A stretch of 64,000 nucleotides of DNA, from contig JAWLHJ010000001.1 of the NCBI GenBank assembly GCA_041690395.1, positions 896,001-960,000 of the forward strand, written 5' to 3'. Source of the stretch: Longimicrobiales bacterium. GTDB lineage: Bacteria > Gemmatimonadota > Gemmatimonadetes > Longimicrobiales > Gaopeijiaceae. Of this stretch, positions 19,778-29,033 are shown piece after piece (the first letter of the stretch is position 1; every line of letters starts with the position of its first letter). The notes beneath the pieces are model-generated. The model did not search any database and was not told the origin of the DNA. It saw only the letters and a program-made list of their open reading frames with translations. The translations under genes and the position numbers were made by a program.

Positions 19778-20195
19778 TGGACGGTCAAACTATAGGCTTC
19801 CGATGGTGCCGGGAAGCGCGAGGTGCACAACGTACTGGTCGTGAACCCCATGGAGCTGCGGGCGGCTGCGCCGTCCTCGCTCAGCTCGCGGTGGGACAAG
19901 CCGGTTCTAGGTGGGCCGGCTGGCCGCTCGGTTCAGGTGCGCTACCGGGCTGCGCCACGTCCCGTGGACGGTCAAACTATAGGCTTCCGCGGGTGCCGGG
20001 AAGCGTGCGGTGCACGACGAGCCGGTCGTGAACCCCATGGAGCTGCGGGCGGCTACGCCGTCCTCGCTCAGCTCGCGGTGGGACGGCTCGGCCCGAGGTG
20101 AGCGGGGCTGGCCGCTCGGTTCAGGTGCGCTACCGGGCTGCGCCACGTCCCGTGGACGGTCAAACTATAGCGATCCGCGGGTGTCGGGAAGCGTG
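19745..20195 (-). repeat. Tandem 187/188-bp repeat duplicating the promoter and 5' half of tRNA-Pro(GGG)
   Basis: 51-bp block ttcaggtgcgctaccgggctgcgccacgtcccgtggacggtcaaactatag at 19745, 19932 and 20120. Confidence 0.95.
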
Positions 20196-20232
20196 ACCCA
20201 CTCGCTCCCTCTCCCCCCACCCGTTAGCGTCC

Positions 20233-21537
20233 GTGGTGCCGAATCGCATCCGCATGGCGCTCCGGGCGCTCCGTCACCGCAACCTGCGGCTCTTCTTCGC
20301 CGGCCAGGGGATCTCCCTCGTCGGGACCTGGATGCAACAGGTCGCCATGAGCTGGCTGGTCTACCGGCTGACCGACTCCGCATTCCTCCTCGGCGTCATC
20401 GGCTTCTCGAGCCAGTTCCCGTCGCTGGTGATGGCTCCGTTCGCGGGCGCTCTGGCGGATCGATGGAGCCGATACCGGATGGTCGTGACGACGCAGACGC
20501 TCGCCATGATCCAGGCGGTCGTCCTCGCGGCGCTCGTCATGGGCGACGCGATCGCGGTCTGGCACCTCATCGTCCTGGCCGTCGTCGCGGGCGTGATCAA
20601 CGGAGTGGACATCCCGGCGCGACAGGCGCTCCTGGTGAAGCTGGTCGATGGCCAGGAGGACCTGCCGAACGCCATCGCGCTGAACTCGTCGATGTTCAAC
20701 GCCGCTCGGCTCGTGGGTCCGGCGCTCGGAGGCGTGCTGATCGGAGTGTGGGGCGAGGGCCCGGTGTTCGTGCTGAACGCGGTGAGCTTCGTCGGCGTCC
20801 TCGGAGCCCTCGCGATGATGCGCCTCCCGGGAGGTCGTGGAGAGCGCGCGGGCCCGGTCCTGCGGCACATCAAGGACGGCTTCGACTACGCGTTCGGCTT
20901 CCCTCCGATCCGCGATCTACTGCTGGTGCTCGCCGGGATCTCGCTCCTGGGGATCCCTTACGTGATCCTCTTCCCCGTTTTCGCGCGGGACATCCTCGGG
21001 GGTGATGCGTCGACGCTCGGGCTGCTGACGGCCTGCTCCGGGGCGGGTGCGCTGGCGGGTGCGCTCCATCTCGCGTCGCGGGATACCGTGCGTGGTCTCG
21101 GCCGGGTCATCGCTCGGGCCGCGGGCTTCTTCGGCCTCACCGTGATCGGCTTCGCCCTGTCGACGAACCTGGTCGTGTCGTGTGTCATGCTCGCGATCGG
21201 GGGCTACGGCCTGATGCTCACCACGGCATCGATCAATACGGTGCTCCAGACACTCGTCGGCGAGGACATGCGGGGACGGGTGATGAGTCTCTACACGATG
21301 GCGTTCATGGGGATGATGCCGATCGGCAGCCTGGCGGGCGGCGCGGTTGCGAGCCGGCTGGGCGCGCCATTGGCCGTCGCTCTGGGGGGCGCAGGCTGCC
21401 TTCTGCTGTCGCTCTGGTTCCGGGGGCGGATCCCACCGCTCAGAGAGCTCGTGCTGCCCGTGTACGAGGAGCGCGGCGTGCTTCCGGAGGTCGCGCGTGG
21501 TATCCAGGCCGCGGGGGAGATCCGACCGCGCGCCTGA
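20233..21537 (+). CDS. MFS transporter
   Basis: ALRHRNLRLFFAGQGISLVGTWMQ, GALADRWSR, FNAARLVGPALGG, MRGRVMS. Confidence 0.92.
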   Translation: MVPNRIRMALRALRHRNLRLFFAGQGISLVGTWMQQVAMSWLVYRLTDSAFLLGVIGFSSQFPSLVMAPFAGALADRWSRYRMVVTTQTLAMIQAVVLAALVMGDAIAVWHLIVLAVVAGVINGVDIPARQALLVKLVDGQEDLPNAIALNSSMFNAARLVGPALGGVLIGVWGEGPVFVLNAVSFVGVLGALAMMRLPGGRGERAGPVLRHIKDGFDYAFGFPPIRDLLLVLAGISLLGIPYVILFPVFARDILGGDASTLGLLTACSGAGALAGALHLASRDTVRGLGRVIARAAGFFGLTVIGFALSTNLVVSCVMLAIGGYGLMLTTASINTVLQTLVGEDMRGRVMSLYTMAFMGMMPIGSLAGGAVASRLGAPLAVALGGAGCLLLSLWFRGRIPPLRELVLPVYEERGVLPEVARGIQAAGEIRPRA

Positions 21538-21561
21538 GGACGGCGCCCGACACAGCTTCCG

Positions 21562-21906
21562 TCAGAGATCCTCGAAGAGTTCCTGGGTCTTGGCGGCCAT
21601 GATGAAGTCGTTCTTGTGCAGGCCGTCCACGGCGTGGGTCCACCAACGCACGGTCACCTTGCCGTACTCGGTGAGGATGGCCGGGTGGTGGCCCTCCTCC
21701 TCGGCCAGCGCGCCCACTTCGTCGGTGAACGCGATCGCCTCGGCGAAGTCGGGGAAGGCGAACGTGTGTCGCAGCTGGGGCACTCCGCCGACGTCGATGA
21801 TCTCCCACTCCGGGACCTGGGCGTGGAACTCCCGCCGGTCTTCGGCCGACACGGGCTTCGAGTCGGGGCCGCAGGCTTCGCAGGTGGCTTCGGTCAGATC
21901 GGGCAT
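21562..21906 (-). CDS. phhB: Pterin-4-alpha-carbinolamine dehydratase
   Basis: AEEEGHHPAI, WWTHAVDGLHKNDFIMAAK; AGGAG RBS before ATG 21906. Confidence 0.92.
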   Translation of the reverse strand: MPDLTEATCEACGPDSKPVSAEDRREFHAQVPEWEIIDVGGVPQLRHTFAFPDFAEAIAFTDEVGALAEEEGHHPAILTEYGKVTVRWWTHAVDGLHKNDFIMAAKTQELFEDL

Positions 21907-21998
21907 ATGTGCTCCTGAGCGGGAGGTCGGGTTGGGTCGGCCTCGTTTTACCCTGGGCCGGGGATCACGGTCCGGAGCCCGATTGCGCGTCCGATGCG

Positions 21999-23246
21999 TT
22001 ATGCTCCGGGCCAGAACAGGATCATGCCGATGCCCAGGGCCGTGACCGCGCCCGCGACCCAGCCCAGCCGACGTGCGAGCTTCGCCCCTCCCAGTACCCA
22101 GGCGACGCCGATCTTGAAAAGGAGGTTCGACAGACTCGCGGCCACGATGAGGCGCCATCCGACCGACTCGTCGAGTCGATCGGACGCGACGAGCCGGGAC
22201 GTCGACAGGGTGATCGCGTCGATGTCGGTGAGGCCCGAAAGAAACGCCGTGGCGTAGAGCCCGGTGCTGCCCAGGTAGGCCTCCGCCGCCGCGACAGCCA
22301 GCAGAATGCCCGCATACAACACGCCGAACACGATCGCGGTTCGGAGGTGGGTCGGATTCTTCGGCTCGATGTGCGCGTCAGGCCCTTCGGAGGCCTTGGT
22401 CCACAGCAACATCGACGTCACGACGAAGGCGCCCAGCATGACGAGCACGGGCAGGGCCGCGGTGGACAGGAACGACGGGGCGACCGCGCCGATCTCGATG
22501 AGGATCCGGACGTACACGACGGCCGACGCCAGCCAGATGACGATCGCGGCGGCGTGCGGGGTCACGTCGCCGGAGCGAGCGTTCCGGGCATAGGCGAACG
22601 TCGTCGCCGTGCTCGAGACGACGCCGCCGAGCAGGCCGGCCACGGCGGTCCCACCTCGGTCACTCATCCATCGGAAGGCAGCGTACCCCGCCAGGTTGAT
22701 CCCCACGATGAGGACCACCATCCACCAGATGTTACGTGGGTTCAGGACGTCGAACGGCCCCATGCTCCGGTTGGGAAGCACGGGTAGGATGACGAGCGAG
22801 ATTACCACGAACTGCATGATGGCCCGCACGTCCTGGTCGGTCATGCGCGCGACCCAGCCCTTGAGCTCCTCGCGGAGGTGCAGGAGCATCGCCACGGCTC
22901 CCGCGAGCACGATCGCGACCGCCCGCGGACCGATCACCGTGAGCGCGCCGATCAGGTACATGACCAGCAGCGCCACCTCGGTGGTCTGCCCGGGCGTCGC
23001 GTCCCTCGCACGTATCTGGATCGCGTTGCCGATGCCCAGCACGCCGAGGACTGCGAGCAGGCCCGCCACCACGACCCACACGCCCAGCGTCGATGACAGC
23101 ATAGCCGCCAGCGCGCCCAGAAGGCTGGCGAGGCCGAAGGTCTTGAGGCCGGCGAGCGGGTGGATGGTCCGCTCCTTCTGCAGCCCAACGAGAAGGCCGA
23201 GCCCCAGCGCGATCAGCGGATCGATGAAGGAAGGGTCGGAGAACAA
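21999..23246 (-). CDS. MgtC/SapB-DUF4010 family membrane protein
   Basis: LGLLVGLQKE, AGLKTF, NPRNIWWMVV, GGVVSSTATT, SGLTDIDAI. Confidence 0.88.
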   Translation of the reverse strand: MFSDPSFIDPLIALGLGLLVGLQKERTIHPLAGLKTFGLASLLGALAAMLSSTLGVWVVVAGLLAVLGVLGIGNAIQIRARDATPGQTTEVALLVMYLIGALTVIGPRAVAIVLAGAVAMLLHLREELKGWVARMTDQDVRAIMQFVVISLVILPVLPNRSMGPFDVLNPRNIWWMVVLIVGINLAGYAAFRWMSDRGGTAVAGLLGGVVSSTATTFAYARNARSGDVTPHAAAIVIWLASAVVYVRILIEIGAVAPSFLSTAALPVLVMLGAFVVTSMLLWTKASEGPDAHIEPKNPTHLRTAIVFGVLYAGILLAVAAAEAYLGSTGLYATAFLSGLTDIDAITLSTSRLVASDRLDESVGWRLIVAASLSNLLFKIGVAWVLGGAKLARRLGWVAGAVTALGIGMILFWPGA

Positions 23247-23355
23247 GCGATGGCCGCCTTTTCGGTGAGTCGTGCGCGTTCAGTAAGATGTATGATTCCA
23301 CGCCCGAAAGACCACCGGCGGAACGTGGTGCCTCGGACCATCCCGGCCCGACGGG

Positions 23356-23385
23356 TTGACCTCTCCTCCGGATGTGGTGTAGATT
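23356..23385 (+). promoter_or_regulatory. Sigma70-like promoter of the tRNA cluster
   Basis: TTGACC-18 nt-TAGATT ending 10 nt before tRNA-fMet. Confidence 0.6.
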
Positions 23386-23395
23386 CTCGGCCTAT

Positions 23396-23469
<74 letters not shown>

Positions 23470-23668
23470 TTGCTCGACAAGCGCCGCCGAGGGGTGGCGC
23501 TTGCCACGTACGGACGATGGGAGCCGCGTTTTGCCGAAATCGATGCTCTGGACGGTGTCCGACACGTGGAGCCCGCGCATGCGGGCGGGGGGAAGGGCCT
23601 AGCAAACCGCCGGCCCCTTCCTGGACATCCCGCCCGTGCCGCCAAGGCTCGGGCGGTTTTTTTGTCGA

Positions 23669-23741
23669 GGCCAGGTAGCTCAGTTGGTAGAGCACATGAC
23701 TGAAAATCATGGTGTCGGCGGTTCGATTCCGTCCCTGGCCA
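23669..23741 (+). tRNA. tRNA-Phe(GAA)
   Basis: CATGA-CTGAAAA-TCATG; full cloverleaf. Confidence 0.95.
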
Positions 23742-23777
23742 TGGTGCACGCCCAGGGCTAGGGCGAGGGAAGACCAG

Positions 23778-23850
23778 AGGTCCGTAGCTCAATTGGTAGA
23801 GCACCGGTCTCCAAAACCGGCGGTTGGGGGTTCGAGTCCCTCCGGGCCTG
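23778..23850 (+). tRNA. tRNA-Trp(CCA)
   Basis: CCGGT-CTCCAAA-ACCGG. Confidence 0.95.
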
Positions 23851-23858
23851 TGTTGAGA

Positions 23859-23930
23859 GCCCCGGTCGTCTAATGGTTAGGACACCAGGTTTTCAACCTG
23901 GCAATCGGGGTTCAATTCCCCGTCGGGGTA
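23859..23930 (+). tRNA. tRNA-Glu(TTC)
   Basis: CCAGG-TTTTCAA-CCTGG. Confidence 0.92.
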
Positions 23931-23984
23931 TGGAGTATGGCGCCGCGAGTCAGAGTGCGCCGCGCAGGATCAGCAGGACACATA

Positions 23985-24058
23985 GGGGCTGTAGCTCAGT
24001 CGGTTAGAGTGCCGGTCTGTCACACCGGAGGTCGCGAGTTCGAGTCTCGTCAGCCCCG
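23985..24058 (+). tRNA. tRNA-Asp(GTC)
   Basis: CCGGT-CTGTCAC-ACCGG. Confidence 0.95.
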
Positions 24059-24126
24059 CTCCAAGTTTTTTGACAGCGAAGTCGTTGGACCCGCCTGGCT
24101 CGGCGGCTTCACCAGGTGATGCGTGA

Positions 24127-24199
<73 letters not shown>

Positions 24200-24236
24200 T
24201 CGTCGGACGACGGCCTCGCAGGTCATGGACGGCCAA

Positions 24237-24320
24237 GCTCGGGTGGCGGAATTGGTAGACGCGCAGGATTCAGGATCCTGTGGGGGTAACCCCGTGAGGG
24301 TTCGAGTCCCTCCTCGAGCA
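24237..24320 (+). tRNA. tRNA-Leu(CAG)
   Basis: CAGGA-TTCAGGA-TCCTG; long variable arm. Confidence 0.95.
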
Positions 24321-24367
24321 TTAGTCCGCCGTCCCGAGTGGGCGGTGTCGGTAGCATTGAAGGTCTT

Positions 24368-24451
24368 GCCCACGTGCTGGAATTGGTAGACAGGCTGGTT
24401 TGAGGGACCAGTGCCGGAAACGGCGTACAGGTTCGAGTCCTGTCGTGGGCA
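24368..24451 (+). tRNA. tRNA-Leu(GAG)
   Basis: CTGGT-TTGAGGG-ACCAG; long variable arm. Confidence 0.95.
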
Positions 24452-24632
24452 TTTTTGGCGGCGGCTTTCGCCGCTCGGCGGCGTTGGGCTGCGGGTCTCG
24501 GCTTGTGCGGCGTAGCGTGTGCTACGCCTCCGCGCCTCGCCCTTGCCCGCCTTGCCGAACGACGAAATCCACTCGCCAAAAATCGCGAACACCGCGGTGG
24601 GCTGATCGCTTGATCAGCCACCGCCTTATCAT

Positions 24633-24706
<74 letters not shown>

Positions 24707-24732
24707 TTTTGAAGCAGTCTCGGTTGTGCGTC

Positions 24733-24806
24733 GGGCGCGTAGCTCAGTTGGTTAGAGCGCTACGTTGACATCGTAGAGGTCAGAGGTTCGAGTCCTCTCG
24801 CGCCCA
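24733..24806 (+). tRNA. tRNA-Val(GAC)
   Basis: CTACG-TTGACAT-CGTAG. Confidence 0.95.
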
Positions 24807-24829
24807 TCGTTTCAAGTGCCGTTTGTTTG

Positions 24830-24902
24830 GGGGCCGTAGCTCAGCTGGGAGAGCGCTAGAATCGCACTCTAGAGGTCAGGGGTTCGAGCCCCCTCGGCTC
24901 CA
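24830..24902 (+). tRNA. tRNA-Ala(CGC)
   Basis: CTAGA-ATCGCAC-TCTAG; G3:U70. Confidence 0.95.
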
Positions 24903-24908
24903 CTCATT

Positions 24909-24981
24909 GCCACCTTAGCTCAGATGGTAGAGCACGTCACTCGTAATGACGGGGTCGTCGGTTCAATTCCGACAGGTGGCT
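24909..24981 (+). tRNA. tRNA-Thr(CGT)
   Basis: CGTCA-CTCGTAA-TGACG. Confidence 0.95.
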
Positions 24982-24982
24982 C

Positions 24983-25055
24983 TGCCCCGTGGTGTAATTG
25001 GCAACACGCCGGATTCTGGCTCCGGAGAGTCTAGGTTCGAGCCCTAGCGGGGCAA
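24983..25055 (+). tRNA. tRNA-Gln(CTG)
   Basis: CCGGA-TTCTGGC-TCCGG; U1-A72. Confidence 0.95.
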
Positions 25056-25097
25056 CTCAGCATACAGGGAGCGTTCGAGGTGGACGATTCCTGCTTT

Positions 25098-25183
25098 GGA
25101 GGGATGGCCGAGTGGCTTAAGGCGGCGCCCTGCTAAGGCGTTGGACCGAAAGGTCCGCGTGGGTTCGAATCCCACTCCCTCCG
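25098..25183 (+). tRNA. tRNA-Ser(GCT)
   Basis: GCGCC-CTGCTAA-GGCGT; long variable arm. Confidence 0.95.
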
Positions 25184-25349
25184 CTTTGAGAAGGTCGGGC
25201 AGGTCTTCGGATTCGAACCCACGCGGGCGATCTGCACAGCAGATCGCGTAGCGTGGTTCGAGTCGAGCGGGCCAAGTGGTGATCCGCGCGCAGCGCGCCG
25301 AACGGACAGTCCCGCGACACGGCGAGCGAAGCGAGCCCATCCCACTCCC
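25169..25349 (+). repeat. Single tRNA-linked repeat unit after tRNA-Ser(GCT)
   Basis: ATCCCACTCCC duplicated at 25169 and 25339; interior homologous to the units at 25500-25996. Confidence 0.9.
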
Positions 25350-25430
25350 CGGCCGGCCGAACCGAGTAGGCTAAACAGACGGATCCACCGACTGGCACGA
25401 ACGTCTCGTGGGCTCGTCCCGGGCGTAGCT

Positions 25431-25514
25431 GGACGGGTGGCCGAGTGGCTTAAGGCGCACGATTGGAAATCGTGTGGGCTCACGCCCGCGTGGGTTCGAA
25501 TCCCACCCCGTCCG
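25431..25514 (+). tRNA. tRNA-Ser(GGA)
   Basis: CACGA-TTGGAAA-TCGTG; long variable arm. Confidence 0.95.
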
Positions 25515-26005
25515 TTTTGAATGAGCAGTAAGGTTCCGAATTCGAACCCACGCGGGCGATCTGCGCAGCAGGTCGCAGAGCGTGGTTCGAGTCGAGCGGG
25601 CCAGGTGGGTAATCGCGCGCAGCGCGCCGAGCGGACAGTCCCGCGACACGGCGAGCAAAGCGAGCCCCATCCCACCCCGTCCGTTTTGAATGAGCAGTAA
25701 GGTTCCGAATTCGAACCCACGCGGGCGATCTGCGCAGCAGGTCGCAGAGCGTGGTTCGAGTCGAGCGGGCCAGGTGGGTAATCGCGCGCAGCGCGCCGAG
25801 CGGACAGTCCCGCGACACGGCGAGCAAAGCGAGCCCCATCCCACCCCGTCCGTTTTGAATGAGCAGTAAGGTTCCGAATTCGAACCCACGCGGGCGATCT
25901 GCGCAGCAGGTCGCAGAGCGTGGTTCGAGTCGAGCGGGCCAGGTGGTGAATCGCGCGCAGCGCGCCCCATCCCACCCCGTCCGTTTTTGATCAGGCAGTA
26001 AGGTT
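25500..26005 (+). repeat. Tandem 169-bp repeat duplicating the tRNA-Ser(GGA) 3' end
   Basis: ATCCCACCCCGTCCGTTTT at 25500, 25669, 25838, 25969 (periods 169, 169, 131). Confidence 0.97.
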
Positions 26006-26047
26006 GGTACGGCCGAACGGCCCGAACCGTTCGGATCCAGTAGGTCT

Positions 26048-26121
26048 CGGGGCGTGGCTCAGTCCGGTAGAGCGCTGCGTTCGGGTCGCAGAGGTCCCCG
26101 GTTCGAATCCGGGCGCCCCGA
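26048..26121 (+). tRNA. tRNA-Pro(CGG)
   Basis: CTGCG-TTCGGGT-CGCAG. Confidence 0.95.
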
Positions 26122-26470
26122 TTGTTATGCCGCGAATGCGGCCAGGAATGGTATTGCGCCGGGATGAGAACCGCAGGTTCGAGCCGAGGCGCCGAGAGGG
26201 CGGCTCCGCGAAGCGGGCCAAGTAGGTGTTCGCCGAGACGAGCGAGGATCGCGAAGCGACCGGAGCTCAATCCGGGCGCCCCGATTGTTATGCCGCGAAT
26301 GCGGCCAGGAATGGTATTGCGCCGGGATGAGAACCGCAGGTTCGAGCCGAGGCGCCGAGAGGGCGGCTCCGCGAAGCGGGCCAAGTAGGTGTTCGCCGAG
26401 ACGAGCGAGGATCGCGAAGCGACCGGAGCTCCATCCGGGCGCCCCGATTGTTATGCCGCGAATGCGGCCA
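26107..26470 (+). repeat. Tandem 163-bp repeat duplicating the tRNA-Pro(CGG) 3' end
   Basis: ATCCGGGCGCCCCGATTGTTATGCCGCGAATGCGGCCA at 26107, 26270, 26433. Confidence 0.97.
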
Positions 26471-26597
26471 CACGCATCACCGATGAGCGACCGTCCCCCC
26501 GGGGCGGACCTCGTCGCCCATCACCTGGTATCAGTCCGACGGCCGACCCGACGGTTTCGCGCAAGCCGCCGGTCCACCGTTCGGGCTCGGGCTTTTA

Positions 26598-26679
26598 GGA
26601 GCGCTGGCAGAATGGTAATGCACTCGCCTCGAAAGCGAGCGCCCGAAAGGGCTTGGGGGTTCGAGTCCCTCGCGCTCCG
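26598..26679 (+). tRNA. tRNA-Ser(CGA)
   Basis: CTCGC-CTCGAAA-GCGAG; long variable arm. Confidence 0.93.
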
Positions 26680-26690
26680 TTGAGTGCTTC

Positions 26691-26734
26691 GACGCCCTCC
26701 GGTTCGATCCAGAACCGGAGGGCGTCTCGTTTTT
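26691..26734 (+). terminator. Rho-independent terminator ending the tRNA cluster
   Basis: GACGCCCTCCGGTTC/GAACCGGAGGGCGTC stem then T run. Confidence 0.8.
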
Positions 26735-26761
26735 CATCTCCCGGATTCCGATCGCCGAGCC

Positions 26762-28084
26762 GTGTCCTCAGTAAAGCCGCTCCACCAGCGGGACATCCTG
26801 TTCTTCTGGCTCCCGCTGGCGGCCACCTGGCTTCTGATGGCGTCGGAGGGGCCGTTCCTTGCGGCGGTCATCGCTCGCCTTCCGGATGCGACGTACAACC
26901 TGGCCGCCCATGGCGTGGCCTTCGCACTGGCGGTGCTGGTCGAGTCGCCGGTGATCATGCTGATGAGCGCCGCCACCGCGTTGGTCCGCGACGAGTCGAG
27001 CTTCACCAAGCTGCGTCGGTTCGGGTGGATGCTGAACCTGCTCGGCACCGTGCTCCTCCTCATCGCCCTGACGCCGGGACCATACCGATGGGTCACCGGG
27101 TCGTTGATGAACCTCCCGCCCGAAGTGGCCGATCTGACATACGGCGCGCTCTGGTTCTACCTGCCGTGGCCCGCGGCCATCGGCTACCGGCGCTTCCTTC
27201 AGGGTGTGATGATCCGGGCGGGCCGTACACGGCTCGTTGCGTACGGCACGGGACTGCGGCTGGGCGCCATGGTCTTCGCCGCGCTCGGGGGGTACTTCCT
27301 TCTGGATATCCCCGGCGCATGGGTCGGCGGGCTCGCGTTGAGCACCGCGGTCACCGTGGAGGCGATCGCCTCCCGCTTCATGGCGGCCGGTACCATTCGG
27401 GAGATACGTGCCGGGGCCTGGAAGCGACCGGACCAGGACCAGGCTCCCCTTCGGTACCGTGACATCGCCTCGTTCTACTATCCGCTCGCCCTCACGTCGC
27501 TGATCGGGCTCTCCGTCCAGCCGATGCTCACGTTCTTCATGGGGAACAGCGTCAGCCCGGTGCAGTCGCTCGCCGTATTCCCAGTGGTGCACGCGCTGGG
27601 GTTCTTTTTCCGGTCCATGGGGTTGGCCTATCAGGACGCCGCGATCGCTCTGATGGGGGATCGACTGGAGCATCTGCCTGATGTCAGCCGCTTCGCGAGC
27701 ACCCTCGGCCTGGCCACCTCCGCGGTGCTCGCCCTCGTGGCGTTCACCCCGCTGTCGGGCGTGTGGTTCGTCACGATCTCGGGGCTGCCCCCGGAGCTCG
27801 CCGCCTTCGCCTTCACACCGACCGCGCTCATCGTGCCCCTTCCGGCGCTCTCCGTCCTCCTCTCCCTCCAGCGCGCGACGCTCGTGCAAGCGCGGCGCAC
27901 GAGGCACATCACGGTCGCCAGCGCGGTCGAGGTGGGTACCGTCGCGGGCGGCTTCATCCTTCTGGGATGGGGGATCGGGCTCGTGGGCGTCACTGCCGCT
28001 TTCGGCGCCTTCCTCCTGGGCCGCACGGCGAGCAACGTCTACCTGTTCGGCGCCTGCCGCCGGGCTCTCGCGGGCCGGCGCTGA
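26762..28084 (+). CDS. MATE/ANKH-like multi-pass membrane transporter
   Basis: FFWLPLAATWLLMASEGPF, YRRFLQGVMIR; about 12 hydrophobic segments with two-fold internal repeat; start uncertain. Confidence 0.75.
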   Translation: MSSVKPLHQRDILFFWLPLAATWLLMASEGPFLAAVIARLPDATYNLAAHGVAFALAVLVESPVIMLMSAATALVRDESSFTKLRRFGWMLNLLGTVLLLIALTPGPYRWVTGSLMNLPPEVADLTYGALWFYLPWPAAIGYRRFLQGVMIRAGRTRLVAYGTGLRLGAMVFAALGGYFLLDIPGAWVGGLALSTAVTVEAIASRFMAAGTIREIRAGAWKRPDQDQAPLRYRDIASFYYPLALTSLIGLSVQPMLTFFMGNSVSPVQSLAVFPVVHALGFFFRSMGLAYQDAAIALMGDRLEHLPDVSRFASTLGLATSAVLALVAFTPLSGVWFVTISGLPPELAAFAFTPTALIVPLPALSVLLSLQRATLVQARRTRHITVASAVEVGTVAGGFILLGWGIGLVGVTAAFGAFLLGRTASNVYLFGACRRALAGRR

Positions 28085-28109
28085 GAGCGGATCCACCGCT
28101 CCGGGTGTT

Positions 28110-29033
28110 CTAAAGGCGCACCAGCCCCTCGAAGTCGGGACGGACAGAGAACCCGACGCACTCGGCGTCCTCCTCCCCCCCCGCGAACACCTCTCGCATC
28201 GCCTCGGCCACTCGGTCGGCCCCGTCCAGGGCACACAGGGCGATGAGTCCGGACCCTCCGCCCGAGATCGTGACGCCCCACGCGCCGGCTTCGTACGCGG
28301 CCGTGACAGCGCGCCCCGCCTCCGGGATCAGGGTCAGTCGATAGGGGACGTGCAGCTCGTCTTCCATGCCGATGCGGATGAGCTCCGGATCGCCCTGGGC
28401 CAGCCCCTGGAGGAGGCCGACGAGACGTCCGAGCGAAGCCACCGCCGTCCCGTGGGGCACCGTGCGCGGAAGAGCGGCCCGGGCCTCGGCGGTGGCGAGA
28501 GGGGTGGCCGGCGCCGCGTACGCGAAGCCGACCGATTCGGCCAGGGGGAGGGCAAGGACGCGAGGCCCCTCCGCCCCGGGGACGATTGCCCGGAGCCCTC
28601 CGAAGGCGCTCGGTCCGGCGTTGTCGCCATGGCCCTCATGCGTATACGCCGCGCGGAAGCTCGCGAGTCGGTCGATCTCCTTGCCGAGCGCCGCTCGCCC
28701 GAGGTCGTGTCCGGCGATCAATGCGGCTGCGGAGGAGCCGAATCCACGGATGACGGGGATGGACGAGCGGAGGACGAGTCGGCCCGACGGCTTCACCCCG
28801 TGCGCTGCGAGCTCACTTCGGAACGTCTCGGCGACGAGGTCCGGTCCGGGGAAGGCGTCGAGCCGGACGAGCGTACCCTCCCGCTCGACGGTGAGCCGGC
28901 CTGAAGTGTCGGGCGCGAATGTCGCCTCGAGATAGCGGTCGAGCGCGAGCCCGACAGTGTCGAATCCGCTTCCGAGGTTCGACGTGGAGCCGGGGACTCT
29001 CAGGCGTGCTGGCCGAAGCGCCGGCGCGCTCAT
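28110..29033 (-). CDS. thrB: Homoserine kinase
   Basis: VPGSTSNLGSGFD, IPVIRGFGSSAA, HGDN, ISGGGSG. Confidence 0.93.
   Translation of the reverse strand: MSAPALRPARLRVPGSTSNLGSGFDTVGLALDRYLEATFAPDTSGRLTVEREGTLVRLDAFPGPDLVAETFRSELAAHGVKPSGRLVLRSSIPVIRGFGSSAAALIAGHDLGRAALGKEIDRLASFRAAYTHEGHGDNAGPSAFGGLRAIVPGAEGPRVLALPLAESVGFAYAAPATPLATAEARAALPRTVPHGTAVASLGRLVGLLQGLAQGDPELIRIGMEDELHVPYRLTLIPEAGRAVTAAYEAGAWGVTISGGGSGLIALCALDGADRVAEAMREVFAGGEEDAECVGFSVRPDFEGLVRL

Noticed and set aside
19852..20120. Group I intron in the tRNA-Pro anticodon loop
   Set aside because: The insert is only ~80 nt, the 3' half of the tRNA is not completed after it, and an intact gene lies adjacent.
25500..26470. CRISPR array interpretation of the tandem repeats
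   Set aside because: Units are 163-169 bp and repeat in full with no unique spacers; no cas genes are in the window.
25044..26737. ORFs across the tRNA/repeat region (e.g. 25133-25975, 25371-26384)
   Set aside because: They overlap tRNA genes and merely translate the repeats.
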